From positions 1 to 64,000 of IMG/VR virus record IMGVR_UViG_3300037882_003336: a stretch of DNA of 64,000 nucleotides; one strand, given 5' to 3'. Below the pieces are notes generated by a model. That model saw only the letters and a program-made list of their open reading frames with translations, made no database searches and was not told the origin of the DNA. A program made the position numbers and the translations under genes. Positions 54,463 to 63,830 of the stretch are shown one piece after another (the stretch's first letter is position 1; each line of letters opens with the position of its first letter). The stretch comes from a virus.

Positions 54463-57400
54463 TCATACCACCGTGAGCTTTTCCAAGTCGACTTGCGCAG
54501 CCTCTCCCCTCATCGTCGTGATGTGGGCTTTCCCGTCTTTGTAGTGGTAGATGAAGCCCTTGGTGGACTTTTTATCCCCCCACTTCACAAGCTCACTTCC
54601 ATCAATCGCTGGTTTCATGGCCGACTTGGCTGGAAGGGTGTTGCCGTTGCTGAGCGTGATGTACGGACCCATCACGGTGACGACGAGCGCCAGTTTCTTG
54701 TCCGCTATCGCGTAAGCAACGTCGCCGATTTCGAACGGGTTATCCTTGCTTGGATTAGTTGGGTTGCCGTGACCGTAGGCGGCAAACATCTTGGTGACCT
54801 TATTGACTTGGGCAAGCTCGTCATCGCCCATGAGGTTGGAGACATCCGGAGTTGGCGACGCTTTTTCCAGCGCATATGCCGGTACCATGAACACCGCTGG
54901 GGTACCAGCGTCGGAAGACTTCGGAATGTGTACAACGCATTGAGCCACATTGAAGTCGTCGTCGACCAGTGTCAACAAGACCTTTCCGGTGGCTGTTGGT
55001 GCCAGCCCGAACTTGAATGAACCATCAGGATAGTCCGACACCTTGGTACCCTCGGGAATGACAACGGAGTCCCCAATCACCCAGTCACCTTCGGTACCCC
55101 AAGCCGAACGGGCTGGCGCGAACTTCACCGCACTATCCAGGTTGAAGATCATCGACTCACCCTTGTTGATAGTGTCATTACCAACTTTCCCACTGAGCAT
55201 TTTGACAATCACATGATCGCTCTCCACAGTCTCTATCGCGCCCCTCGCATCCACCTTCCCACCGTATTCGGTCCCGTCCTCGTCGCCGTCTGTGTACTCA
55301 CCCTTGATGGTGACGGGTGACCCAGGCACCATGTAATAAACGGGTGCTTTGATACTGGCAATGTCTTTGAGCTTGCTGATGCTGTTGTCGGTCTTCGGGT
55401 TGTCACCGGGCTTTTTGATCTGGGCAACACTCACCAAGTGATAGGTGCTGTCCTTGGTGAGTGATGGGATGTAAACGACGCACGAAGCCACGTCGAACGT
55501 GTGAGGGTCAACCAACGTCAGTGCGACAGTGGCTTTGAGGTCCTTCTCGATCTCCACGTGAGCGTTCGTGCCGTATCCGAAAATCGTGCTACCGCTCTTC
55601 ACGATGACCTTATCACCAATCTTTAGGTCATCTGGCTTGATCTGCCATGACTCCATGGCGATCTTCTTGAACGCCACGACCTTTCCGGGATCAAAGTTGT
55701 CAAACCCCGTAGTGTTCGAGAAGATCTTGACGTCGGCGGCGTCTGCCGTCATGGTCGTGATCATACCGAGCACCTCCCCGGTTGGAACCTTTATGCGGAC
55801 CGGGCTGGCAGTGCGGAGGAATGACACGTCGTTCTTGAGTTGGTACTCCAGTTTCTCGTGGTACCCATCATTGAAGTCAACGTCCGTGTAGGAGGACACC
55901 GCCATCATGTTCTGGATTGTCTCTCCGACCGCTTTTTCGATCGCGTCTTCATGCTCGTCGAAGAGCTTTTTAGCCAGCTGCCTGACCTTTACCGCCAAGT
56001 TGTTCGGGGAACTCGCGAACCCAAATGCAGCCAGTTCGTCGTCCCACGCTTGTTGCGACATGCTCGCCTTCGAGTATGGGTAAGCTTTGTACAACTCCCT
56101 CATGTAGTCGACTGCTGCCTCTGTGGCTTTGGTAAGCTCCGACTTATTGTCCTGTGCCCCCGTGGAGAGGTCTATTGAGTTTACATCAACTTCACTCAGG
56201 TCAATTTTCCCATCGGCGTGCTCCGTTGTAATGAACACCTTTCCTTCATGGGCAACATCAGAGTCGTCCATGATTGTTACCTCGGTCCCGTCATGAAGTT
56301 TCGCCTTCACGGGTAGCTTCACTGTTGTCAGAATGACATCGGGCTTCACGATTCCAGAGGTAACTCCAGAGATGGGAAGGTGAACCACGATCTGCACAGA
56401 ACCGTTGTTAAGTTTGGAGTTCACCCACGCCAGGGTCTTTTCCTCTTCTCCATCGTGTTTCCACCACGGGTCCTTGCCATCTTCTGCGTTTCCGACAACT
56501 ACAAGTGACTTGGCAGCGAGTGCAGGCGCTGCTGTGAATGCTGGTGCTGTGGCACCCTTGGTGCCAGTGACTGCACCAAGGTTCTTATCGGGGACTGGCT
56601 CCGGAATTGGCTTGCCGGATGCATAAGCGGCGGCACGCACGATCTTCTTGGCTTGGCTGGAACACTTGGGGAGCAGCGTTCCAACGTTTTCCACACTCGC
56701 TTTCATGTCGAGTGCCTTTTTGAGCCACCCGTATCCACCACCGATCGCATATCGCTTGACCTTGTTGAATACGGTTCCGGTGTTGTGCTGAAGGTCGTAA
56801 ACATGGTCAATGGCAACCGCCCGTTCCCGGCTGTTTTTGGCGGAGTTCAGCCGCAACCACCCATCCGTGATGCCCTTCCACGCCCTGCCACCGTAGGAAC
56901 TGCTCCAACTTCCCTTGTCGTAACAGATACCCGCGTACTGGACAAAAGCGGCATCCGTCCAGTTCATCTCCTTCATGGTGCGCCTGACCGCATCAACTGC
57001 AGCGCTGTAGTCAGGTGATGAACCACCCTTTTCCTCGGGTGGGCGTTCAAACCGTGGCATGTTACCGGGCGAGGAAACACGGCGCACCAACTTGCGCGTG
57101 AAGCTGACCTGTTCCTTGGTCAGTTCGTTCACCAACGCCGACTGTGGTCTGTCCGACAGGTGGCGCATTTCAGCACAGATCGAAATGAACGTGGCGTCCA
57201 GCAATTCCCGCTGAAGGTTGGGTAAGAGGGTCTCAAATGCAGCCCGTATGTCGTCCTTGATGTTGGAGCGGCCAAAGAAGCTCGCCGTTTGTCTCCCCAT
57301 CATATCGGTACCGGGCGCTTGCCCCTCGTCCGGAAGACCGGAGGAGAAGGCCCAGGAGAGTGCATAGAAGTCAAACAAGGAGACTTCGGGGTTTGATGGG

Positions 57401-57471
57401 GAGGTGTAGTTCAAAGCTTCTCCCAACAGAGAACCCCTCATTGCCTTGTTAATTGACTCCAGTAGCGGCAT
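54463..57471 (-). CDS. Large (about 1000 aa) putative internal head protein
   Basis: Leader MPLLES...LLGEA; YGG.AW...IDH..DLQHNTG domain followed by repeated IGD.V small beta domains. Confidence 0.65.
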   Translation of the reverse strand: MPLLESINKAMRGSLLGEALNYTSPSNPEVSLFDFYALSWAFSSGLPDEGQAPGTDMMGRQTASFFGRSNIKDDIRAAFETLLPNLQRELLDATFISICAEMRHLSDRPQSALVNELTKEQVSFTRKLVRRVSSPGNMPRFERPPEEKGGSSPDYSAAVDAVRRTMKEMNWTDAAFVQYAGICYDKGSWSSSYGGRAWKGITDGWLRLNSAKNSRERAVAIDHVYDLQHNTGTVFNKVKRYAIGGGYGWLKKALDMKASVENVGTLLPKCSSQAKKIVRAAAYASGKPIPEPVPDKNLGAVTGTKGATAPAFTAAPALAAKSLVVVGNAEDGKDPWWKHDGEEEKTLAWVNSKLNNGSVQIVVHLPISGVTSGIVKPDVILTTVKLPVKAKLHDGTEVTIMDDSDVAHEGKVFITTEHADGKIDLSEVDVNSIDLSTGAQDNKSELTKATEAAVDYMRELYKAYPYSKASMSQQAWDDELAAFGFASSPNNLAVKVRQLAKKLFDEHEDAIEKAVGETIQNMMAVSSYTDVDFNDGYHEKLEYQLKNDVSFLRTASPVRIKVPTGEVLGMITTMTADAADVKIFSNTTGFDNFDPGKVVAFKKIAMESWQIKPDDLKIGDKVIVKSGSTIFGYGTNAHVEIEKDLKATVALTLVDPHTFDVASCVVYIPSLTKDSTYHLVSVAQIKKPGDNPKTDNSISKLKDIASIKAPVYYMVPGSPVTIKGEYTDGDEDGTEYGGKVDARGAIETVESDHVIVKMLSGKVGNDTINKGESMIFNLDSAVKFAPARSAWGTEGDWVIGDSVVIPEGTKVSDYPDGSFKFGLAPTATGKVLLTLVDDDFNVAQCVVHIPKSSDAGTPAVFMVPAYALEKASPTPDVSNLMGDDELAQVNKVTKMFAAYGHGNPTNPSKDNPFEIGDVAYAIADKKLALVVTVMGPYITLSNGNTLPAKSAMKPAIDGSELVKWGDKKSTKGFIYHYKDGKAHITTMRGEAAQVDLEKLTVV

Positions 57472-57491
57472 CACGAAACTTAGGTTTTATT

Positions 57492-57887
57492 ATGAAACTT
57501 CTCACTTTACTTGCACTTCTGTTCACCGCGCCACTTTTAGTAGCGAATGTCCCAGTGAAAGTTGCGTGGAACCCACCAGCCAATGAACTCGGCGTTGCCG
57601 GGTATATCGTGAGGTGGTACAGCAAGAATGGCAAAGAACTCGGCAAGGCCGATGTAGGCAACGTCCAGCGTTTCGAAAGCCCCGCGTTGTCAGCCGGTGA
57701 CTACACTTTTTCCGTGACCGCCTATGGTCCAAGCCGTGTGGAGTCCAAAGCAGCCCTATTGAATGTCGCGATCAAAAAGATCAAACTGAAACGCTCAAAA
57801 GACCTGCGGACTTGGGAAGATGATAAGTGGTTCTATCGCATTACCACTGAGGACCAGGAGTTTTATCGGCTCGATCTGCTGCCATGA
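57492..57887 (+). CDS. Secreted FN3 protein, paralog of 1736..2539
   Basis: Signal peptide; VAWN...GY...DVGNV...FSVTAY...ES; SKDLRTW...FYRL tail. Confidence 0.7.
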   Translation: MKLLTLLALLFTAPLLVANVPVKVAWNPPANELGVAGYIVRWYSKNGKELGKADVGNVQRFESPALSAGDYTFSVTAYGPSRVESKAALLNVAIKKIKLKRSKDLRTWEDDKWFYRITTEDQEFYRLDLLP

Positions 57888-58557
57888 TTGCCACTTTGAG
57901 CACTTCTGGAGAGACCAGCCCAGCCAAACAGCCACCCGTTTGGAAACCGTAGTCGTCGAACAAAAGAGACCCTGGATGCCAAGCCATGTTCGGTAGAGCC
58001 GCATAGGTTGGCACTATCTTGGCCAACTTGGACAGCACATTTCCCATTGAGAGGCTTTTCCTCGAAACAACTGGTACCGTTTTACCATTAAAGGAAAGGT
58101 CAGGGCCAACGAAAGTCTTTGGTTCTCTGATGTACTTCAAAGCGAGATCATAGCACTCTCGCGACATGGTGTACCCAGCGATGCTTGAGACTTCAGTCGT
58201 TTTCAATAACCGACTTCCAACCACCCCCGGTCGGCGGTGATGGAAGCACCCAAACAAAAACAGCATGCAATCAGCGGGGAGTTCGATGTCTTCGATCGTT
58301 CCATACTCAAGGAGGTCGTCAAGCACGGTGATGCTATCAGCCTTCCACCTCTTAGCATGCCCAATCAGCACCCGGTGTGGCAGTATTCTGGCATACCCAT
58401 CCTGTCCGTAACTGGACACCCCTTTCAGCTGCATGGCGTCTAACGCGGGGAATCGGGAAAACCCAAGGCTTGAAAGAGCTTCGGCGCTTCGGAGTCTGCT
58501 GGTGTAATTGGCACCAAGGTTGACGAAGAACCTGTCGGTGGTTGATAGGGACGTCAT
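57841..58557 (-). CDS. Glycosyltransferase, GT25-like
   Basis: VNL.....RL, RFPA.D, H, VLDD and AGY.MSR motifs. Confidence 0.6.
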   Translation of the reverse strand: MTSLSTTDRFFVNLGANYTSRLRSAEALSSLGFSRFPALDAMQLKGVSSYGQDGYARILPHRVLIGHAKRWKADSITVLDDLLEYGTIEDIELPADCMLFLFGCFHHRRPGVVGSRLLKTTEVSSIAGYTMSRECYDLALKYIREPKTFVGPDLSFNGKTVPVVSRKSLSMGNVLSKLAKIVPTYAALPNMAWHPGSLLFDDYGFQTGGCLAGLVSPEVLKVAIMAADRADKTPGPQW

Positions 58558-59357
58558 ACTTCAAGGATATTGAAAAGGGACATGCTATTGTCGTAAAAGA
58601 AGGTGCTGGTATAAAGGCCAAGCGAAAACTGTAGTTTCCTGTCAGACCCCACTCCCATCGTGTGGACTAGCGCCCCCTTGGTGTATTCCGACCAAGCTGG
58701 GTCACAGTGCAGTGGGAAGCGCACCTCACCCCTTTCGAAGTGTTTCGCGTTCCAGGGTAGCTTACCATAATCGCAGTCCAGGATGAGTCTATTCCACGAT
58801 GCTTGGTCGAAGCACCCTGGCATTTGGGTCACCTCTGCCGTGTCCCGCTCTTCCCAAGCCGTCATCACATCCTGAAAAACGGAACCCCTTACGGCCAGCT
58901 GCCCACTGTTGATGCCCTTCCTTCGCATCTTCATCTCGTCATCCGTCAGGAACGCCGAGAACTGACCCTTCCAGATGGGGAGGTTCTCGGTCTGGTATAA
59001 AACGTCCACTTCTCTTCTGACATCCAACAAGTGGTCGAGGTTCCTGAGCGCCATGCAGTCATCGTCCAAGAACATGATCATGTCGTACTGGGAGGCGTCG
59101 ATGTACTCCCGGACGCGATACTTCCAGCACCAAGCGTCCTCAATGTGCTCCGATTCGGTCAGTCCTTTCCTTGGAACGAGCACCTCATTGATCCCAAGCT
59201 TATTCGGAAAAATCGGTTGTTCGTGGTTTCGGAACACCATGATGTCTCCACTCCATCTGGTCCTTAACAAAGTTGCAATCAAGAATCGCACCAACTGTCG
59301 GTGGTACGGGTGGCCTTCCTGATCGAAAGCCACGGTGTATATGAGGTTCTTCCGCAT
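58554..59357 (-). CDS. GT-A fold glycosyltransferase
   Basis: MFLDDDC (DxD), INSG and DQ..WN motifs; start MRKNLI. Confidence 0.75.
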   Translation of the reverse strand: MRKNLIYTVAFDQEGHPYHRQLVRFLIATLLRTRWSGDIMVFRNHEQPIFPNKLGINEVLVPRKGLTESEHIEDAWCWKYRVREYIDASQYDMIMFLDDDCMALRNLDHLLDVRREVDVLYQTENLPIWKGQFSAFLTDDEMKMRRKGINSGQLAVRGSVFQDVMTAWEERDTAEVTQMPGCFDQASWNRLILDCDYGKLPWNAKHFERGEVRFPLHCDPAWSEYTKGALVHTMGVGSDRKLQFSLGLYTSTFFYDNSMSLFNILEV

Positions 59358-59409
59358 GTGGGTTCTAGTTATAATGGCAAGGTTACACCACCAAGAACAC
59401 CAAGAAACC

Positions 59410-59916
59410 ATGAAAAACACCATTATCGCTAACACGGGACTCGTTATCCCACGCCGCCGATTCCTCCAGGGTGCTGGTATGGCAATGGCATCGGTCGCAT
59501 TGGGCGGGATCGCATCCGCCACAGGCGGTTCCTCCGCTGGTTATGCTGGACACCCGCTCTGGTACAAACGGAACTCGTGGATCGAATGGAACAGCGACAT
59601 CGTAGACCTCGACGATGCTGTCGCCAATGGAGAAGCGGCACTCGCCTTCTTCCAAGCCAACCCACCCGTGATGTCGTGGAAAGAAGAGGGGTGCCAACGG
59701 GTGTTTCACCCATTCGCCACTGGAGCTAGTTCCAGCCGCGTCATCTCCCAACCCGGCAGCATTTCGTACAGAGAGGTGGGCGGGTGCTACCAGTACGGCA
59801 TTATGTTCAACGCCATCAAGTTCTTCAAGAAACCTGATGGCAGCTCTGGTAGTGAGCTGCCCCCAGGAGCGGACTTCGACACCCTGTTCAACAACTGGTC
59901 TACTTGGAACCAGTAA
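59410..59916 (+). CDS. Twin-arginine (TAT) exported protein
   Basis: PRRRFLQG followed by a hydrophobic segment and ASA. Confidence 0.65.
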   Translation: MKNTIIANTGLVIPRRRFLQGAGMAMASVALGGIASATGGSSAGYAGHPLWYKRNSWIEWNSDIVDLDDAVANGEAALAFFQANPPVMSWKEEGCQRVFHPFATGASSSRVISQPGSISYREVGGCYQYGIMFNAIKFFKKPDGSSGSELPPGADFDTLFNNWSTWNQ

Positions 59917-60712
59917 ACAGGTGGTCGTATCTTCCTCCCGGTTTGTAGTTTAGATGCCAGTCTTGACGGGTGATTGGGGGAGCGCTGGACTGGCTAGAGA
60001 AACGGTAAGCTTTGGCGGTTATTTCGTCGATCAGCCTCTGCCGTTTCTCGGGGTCTTTTTCCTTGGCCACTCTGTCGTTTGCATCAGCCTGTGGCGGTTC
60101 TTGAAGGATAGACAGAGAGTGCGACTTGGCTCCGTTTGGGTCATCGGGGTTGTCAACCTCGCTCAGGAACAGGCTGGTACGGTAATAGCCAAAGGTGCCA
60201 ATCTCAACGGGATTCCTGCCGACCATCATCGCCATAATGTCGCCGCGTTCATTACCTAGGACGCCCGAGAACTCTTCCTTCATTTGGTCGAACCTCTCTT
60301 TCCCGCCGCTCTCCCAGTATGACGACACCACAATTGTCTCCCCGCGATCGTCCTGCACGGTGAACCGGTTTTTGAGTTCCAATTCCTTCATATCCGAGAT
60401 CACCTTGGAGATTTCTGCCTCGCATCGTTCCTCTTCATCTGGTGAAAGCTTCAGGAAGTCCTTCAAGCTTTCGCTAAGTCCCCCATTCTTGTAACCGCCA
60501 ATCAAGATTCGGAGCAGAGACGCCCGGTCCAGCTTCACGGAGGTGAGGTTCTCGGCGACCAGCTTTGGTTGAACCACTGGGGCGGGAGTCGGTACTGCCA
60601 CTGACCGCACCACCTCTTTGAACACCACTTTTTCCTCTGGCTTCCGAAACAACAGGACCACCACCAATACAGCCATCAACGTGCTGACTGCGATAAGGAG
60701 TTTCTTCATCAA
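59900..60712 (-). CDS. Membrane-anchored hypothetical protein
   Basis: N-terminal TM helix. Confidence 0.65.
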   Translation of the reverse strand: MMKKLLIAVSTLMAVLVVVLLFRKPEEKVVFKEVVRSVAVPTPAPVVQPKLVAENLTSVKLDRASLLRILIGGYKNGGLSESLKDFLKLSPDEEERCEAEISKVISDMKELELKNRFTVQDDRGETIVVSSYWESGGKERFDQMKEEFSGVLGNERGDIMAMMVGRNPVEIGTFGYYRTSLFLSEVDNPDDPNGAKSHSLSILQEPPQADANDRVAKEKDPEKRQRLIDEITAKAYRFSSQSSAPPITRQDWHLNYKPGGRYDHLFTGSK

Positions 60713-60727
60713 GTGCCAGAAAACGCA

Positions 60728-61099
60728 CTAACGAGTAGGAGTCACCCACGCCGGACGCCCAGTAAACCACCCGTGCCAAATCGCATGAGGCGGCTTGAGT
60801 TTGAAGCTCACCTCTTCGAAGATTTCGTCCAGCTGCTCACTGGATAATTTCTCGTCCACCGTCACGATGTTCCAGTCGTGTAGGTAAGCGCCACCAAAAT
60901 CGCGATGGTCGTTATCGCGTCCGAAGACGACTGCGTGACTCTCCCCATTTCCTTTGCGGAACTTGAACCGGTTGTCGATCTTGATGAACAAAGTCTCAGG
61001 TCCAGTTTCTTCACCATTCCGAGTCGCCGTCTCAAACTTGCGTTTGAATTCTTCCCCGAACTCCCGCAACGATTCGGTGATTTTGGTGGCAACACTCAT
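60728..61099 (-). CDS. Hypothetical protein (putative internal head protein)
   Basis: Leader MSVATKITES. Confidence 0.6.
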   Translation of the reverse strand: MSVATKITESLREFGEEFKRKFETATRNGEETGPETLFIKIDNRFKFRKGNGESHAVVFGRDNDHRDFGGAYLHDWNIVTVDEKLSSEQLDEIFEEVSFKLKPPHAIWHGWFTGRPAWVTPTR

Positions 61100-61227
61100 C
61101 TAAGAGACGTTTTCTTTTGAAGTTGACGCCCGGTCTGTAAGGATCATCACGAGGTCAATAACCACACCTAACACAATTGGTGGAGTTATCGGATACCACC
61201 CTCGGGAACCCTTCACCGGGCGTCTGC

Positions 61228-61704
61228 TTATCTCGGTGACTGGGCGTTGACGCGATCGCGATACCGCTGAGCCCGTGTTGGTGCCCATCGGTAGGTTGAG
61301 TCGTCAACGAGATAACGGAGGGTAGACAACTCGTGGTTGGCGATGAGGGACAGCGCTGCCCCAGCGTGCTTGAAGTCCCCCGCCCGAATCAACTCCCCAA
61401 TCTTGTTCAGGCTCGCCGTAATGTACTCGATGCCAAGTTCTACCAGTGCCGGTATTTCCTCGGGTTTGGCGCTCATGGCTTCCATGGCGCTTGGCCAGCC
61501 AGCCGGACGCACCACCGCGTTAAACACGGTATCCTGGTTGGTGGGCTCGCGGCGTCGCGTTTTTTGGGCAAGAATGGCCCCCTTCAGCTTGAACAGAGAC
61601 GAAGCTGTCTCCTTCCACCTTTTTGCCTGCAAGTTGGAAATAGCCTCGTCAACCAAGCTAATGGCTTCGGAAGACTCAAGCATGATCCTTTCGTAAAGCT
61701 TCAT
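61228..61704 (-). CDS. Hypothetical protein (putative internal head protein)
   Basis: Leader MKLYERIMLES. Confidence 0.6.
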   Translation of the reverse strand: MKLYERIMLESSEAISLVDEAISNLQAKRWKETASSLFKLKGAILAQKTRRREPTNQDTVFNAVVRPAGWPSAMEAMSAKPEEIPALVELGIEYITASLNKIGELIRAGDFKHAGAALSLIANHELSTLRYLVDDSTYRWAPTRAQRYRDRVNAQSPR

Positions 61705-61712
61705 GGGGATAG

Positions 61713-61964
61713 CTATGATTTGATGAGGACCGCGAGTTCGTTGAAATACTGCTCAACCTCGTTCAACCCGGCGCTGTGGCCGTACTGCCAAGCCAACGTC
61801 CAGGTTTGATCGAACTTTTTGTCACGTGGAATCCCGTGTTCATCACTGAGGCGTTCCTTGAGCAGTTCGATGGTTGCTGCCTCTTGAGTAGCACGTTGGT
61901 GGCGGAGCCGTTCACGTTCCACCCGTTCTTCCTCAAGGCGTTTGGCGGAACCCCTGACTTTCAT
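61713..61964 (-). CDS. Hypothetical phage protein
   Basis: AW..GHS.G..EV...F..L pattern. Confidence 0.6.
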   Translation of the reverse strand: MKVRGSAKRLEEERVERERLRHQRATQEAATIELLKERLSDEHGIPRDKKFDQTWTLAWQYGHSAGLNEVEQYFNELAVLIKS

Positions 61965-62016
61965 GGCTCCACAGTTGCACCCCTCAGGGTACGGGCAAGA
62001 GTAAGCGTGTATAGTG

Positions 62017-62169
62017 CTATTCGTTGTTGATTACGTCACCATCCGCCAGTTCCACCGAGCAGTCAAGGTGGAGACGAGCCCCGGCTTCTCCAAACTCGTC
62101 GGGTACGCTGGGTTGACCGTACTCGATGGGCTTGTCGCAATAGGCGCAGTGGTTAGATGGGTTTGTCAT
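62017..62169 (-). CDS. Small zinc-finger protein (50 aa, below the ORF-track cutoff)
   Basis: MTNPSNHCAYCDKPI...HLDC; ATGA overlap with the ATPase gene. Confidence 0.5.
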   Translation of the reverse strand: MTNPSNHCAYCDKPIEYGQPSVPDEFGEAGARLHLDCSVELADGDVINNE

Positions 62170-63830
62170 CCGGGCAAGAATTGAAGGGCGTAAGAGAGGT
62201 TCTCGGTGGTGGCGGTATCGTTACCGAGACGTTTGGTGAGGCGCAGGAGATTCTTGATGGTACGTGGCGAAATCGGGTTCTTGTCGTTCCGCTTGTCGGC
62301 GTCCTTCTCGCTCTGTGGTCTGCTCTGGAATTCTTCGAACAGGATCTCCAGAAACTGGGTGGTTTCCTTGGCGGTGACCTTGAGGTCGAACAGGCCAGCG
62401 AACTGCTTGAGAATTTGGGCAGCGGCTTCCCGGTCCGGGTTGGAGTAGGTGAGTACCGCACTGCACCGGCTCAGCACCGCGTCGTCGATCAGCAAATCCC
62501 GGTTGGTGGTCATGAAGATCACGCCATTGAAATACTCAAGGGTGCGGAGCAACGTTCCCACGATCGCGTTTTGTTCGATGTTGGTGCCGCGCTCATACAC
62601 GTAGATGTCAACCTCATCGATCAGCAGGATGGCACCCCATCGCTGGGCGCGGGCGAACACTTCCTTAAGGTTCCCCTCCAGCGCTTTCGCGGTCACTCCG
62701 AGTTGGTCGGACTGCACCCGGTACAGTGGCACCCCGGCTCGCTCTGAAAACGCCTCAGCGGTCATAGTCTTTCCAGTACCTGGAGAACCCTTCGCCATGA
62801 TGATCGTGCCACCACTCTTTCCCTTCACGAAGTCAGCCTTGAGGGTGTCAGGGTTGCTAACCAACAGGTTGACGAGGTCCTTGTGGTATTGTGGAATGAT
62901 GAGGCGATTGATGAGAACCTCATCGTACTGATATGGCGAAACCCAAGTGCACGGCACCCACATGTGGTCGTGAGTTTCGAGGTTGAACACATACAGGTAT
63001 GGATGGATCGGGATTTCGAACACGTCCACCTCGTCACCACCACGGAGGTTCGGTAGCTTCATCTTGCGCGACGACTCCCCTTTAGACCTGAACGCCGAGA
63101 TGTCGTTGATGACTTTGAAGTTGCTGACTCCCGTCAGGTACTCGCGACTGGTGCTGGTATAACGCCAGTCCTCGTTACTTGGCAACCAACTGGTGGTGAG
63201 CAAAAACTGGGTGTTAACTTGAGCCATGTAGTCCTCCCACTGTTTCAGGGTCTGATGGTACTGCTGTACGATGTCTTCCCCCACAAACCCGTACCCGTGT
63301 TGGGCGAGAAGCGAAGAAACCGTCATACCACGGCGCTGCTTTTCCTGATTGAACAAGTCGTTGTCGTGGAATGTGATTCCGGTCGAGCGTTGTTCCCCCT
63401 TGGTCCAATAAACCAAGTTAACGCGCACGGAAGCCGGAACATCCTTTTGGGATGGCGTATAGACGGCTCCCGTCGTCAGATAAGGCAGCGGGATGCCGAT
63501 GTCGTTGTTGTGCTGAAAGAGCCAACGGGTGGCGCTCTGGACCATGCAGGCTTGCGTGATCGCTTCAGCGAGTGCGTCCAGACGGGTCACGGGGGCATGC
63601 GGATCATCGACCGCCTTCCGGACCAAGGAGAGCTTCTGGAGCACTCCGTTGAACACCTGACTGTTCTTGGAGGCGAATGTGTGGACCGCACGGATGAACT
63701 CTCCGTCCACATGATAAGTCTCGAAGGTTGCTTCCTTCTCCCGGCTCCAGCCGGTTTCGGTCATCGCGGGGTGGTTGATGCCAGCGGCTTTGAGAGCTTC
63801 GTATTGTTCAGAAGAAAACGAGATAGTCAT
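62166..63830 (-). CDS. AAA+ ATPase
   Basis: Walker A GSPGTGKT, Walker B LLIDE, sensor TTNR and Arg finger SR. Confidence 0.9.
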   Translation of the reverse strand: MTISFSSEQYEALKAAGINHPAMTETGWSREKEATFETYHVDGEFIRAVHTFASKNSQVFNGVLQKLSLVRKAVDDPHAPVTRLDALAEAITQACMVQSATRWLFQHNNDIGIPLPYLTTGAVYTPSQKDVPASVRVNLVYWTKGEQRSTGITFHDNDLFNQEKQRRGMTVSSLLAQHGYGFVGEDIVQQYHQTLKQWEDYMAQVNTQFLLTTSWLPSNEDWRYTSTSREYLTGVSNFKVINDISAFRSKGESSRKMKLPNLRGGDEVDVFEIPIHPYLYVFNLETHDHMWVPCTWVSPYQYDEVLINRLIIPQYHKDLVNLLVSNPDTLKADFVKGKSGGTIIMAKGSPGTGKTMTAEAFSERAGVPLYRVQSDQLGVTAKALEGNLKEVFARAQRWGAILLIDEVDIYVYERGTNIEQNAIVGTLLRTLEYFNGVIFMTTNRDLLIDDAVLSRCSAVLTYSNPDREAAAQILKQFAGLFDLKVTAKETTQFLEILFEEFQSRPQSEKDADKRNDKNPISPRTIKNLLRLTKRLGNDTATTENLSYALQFLPG

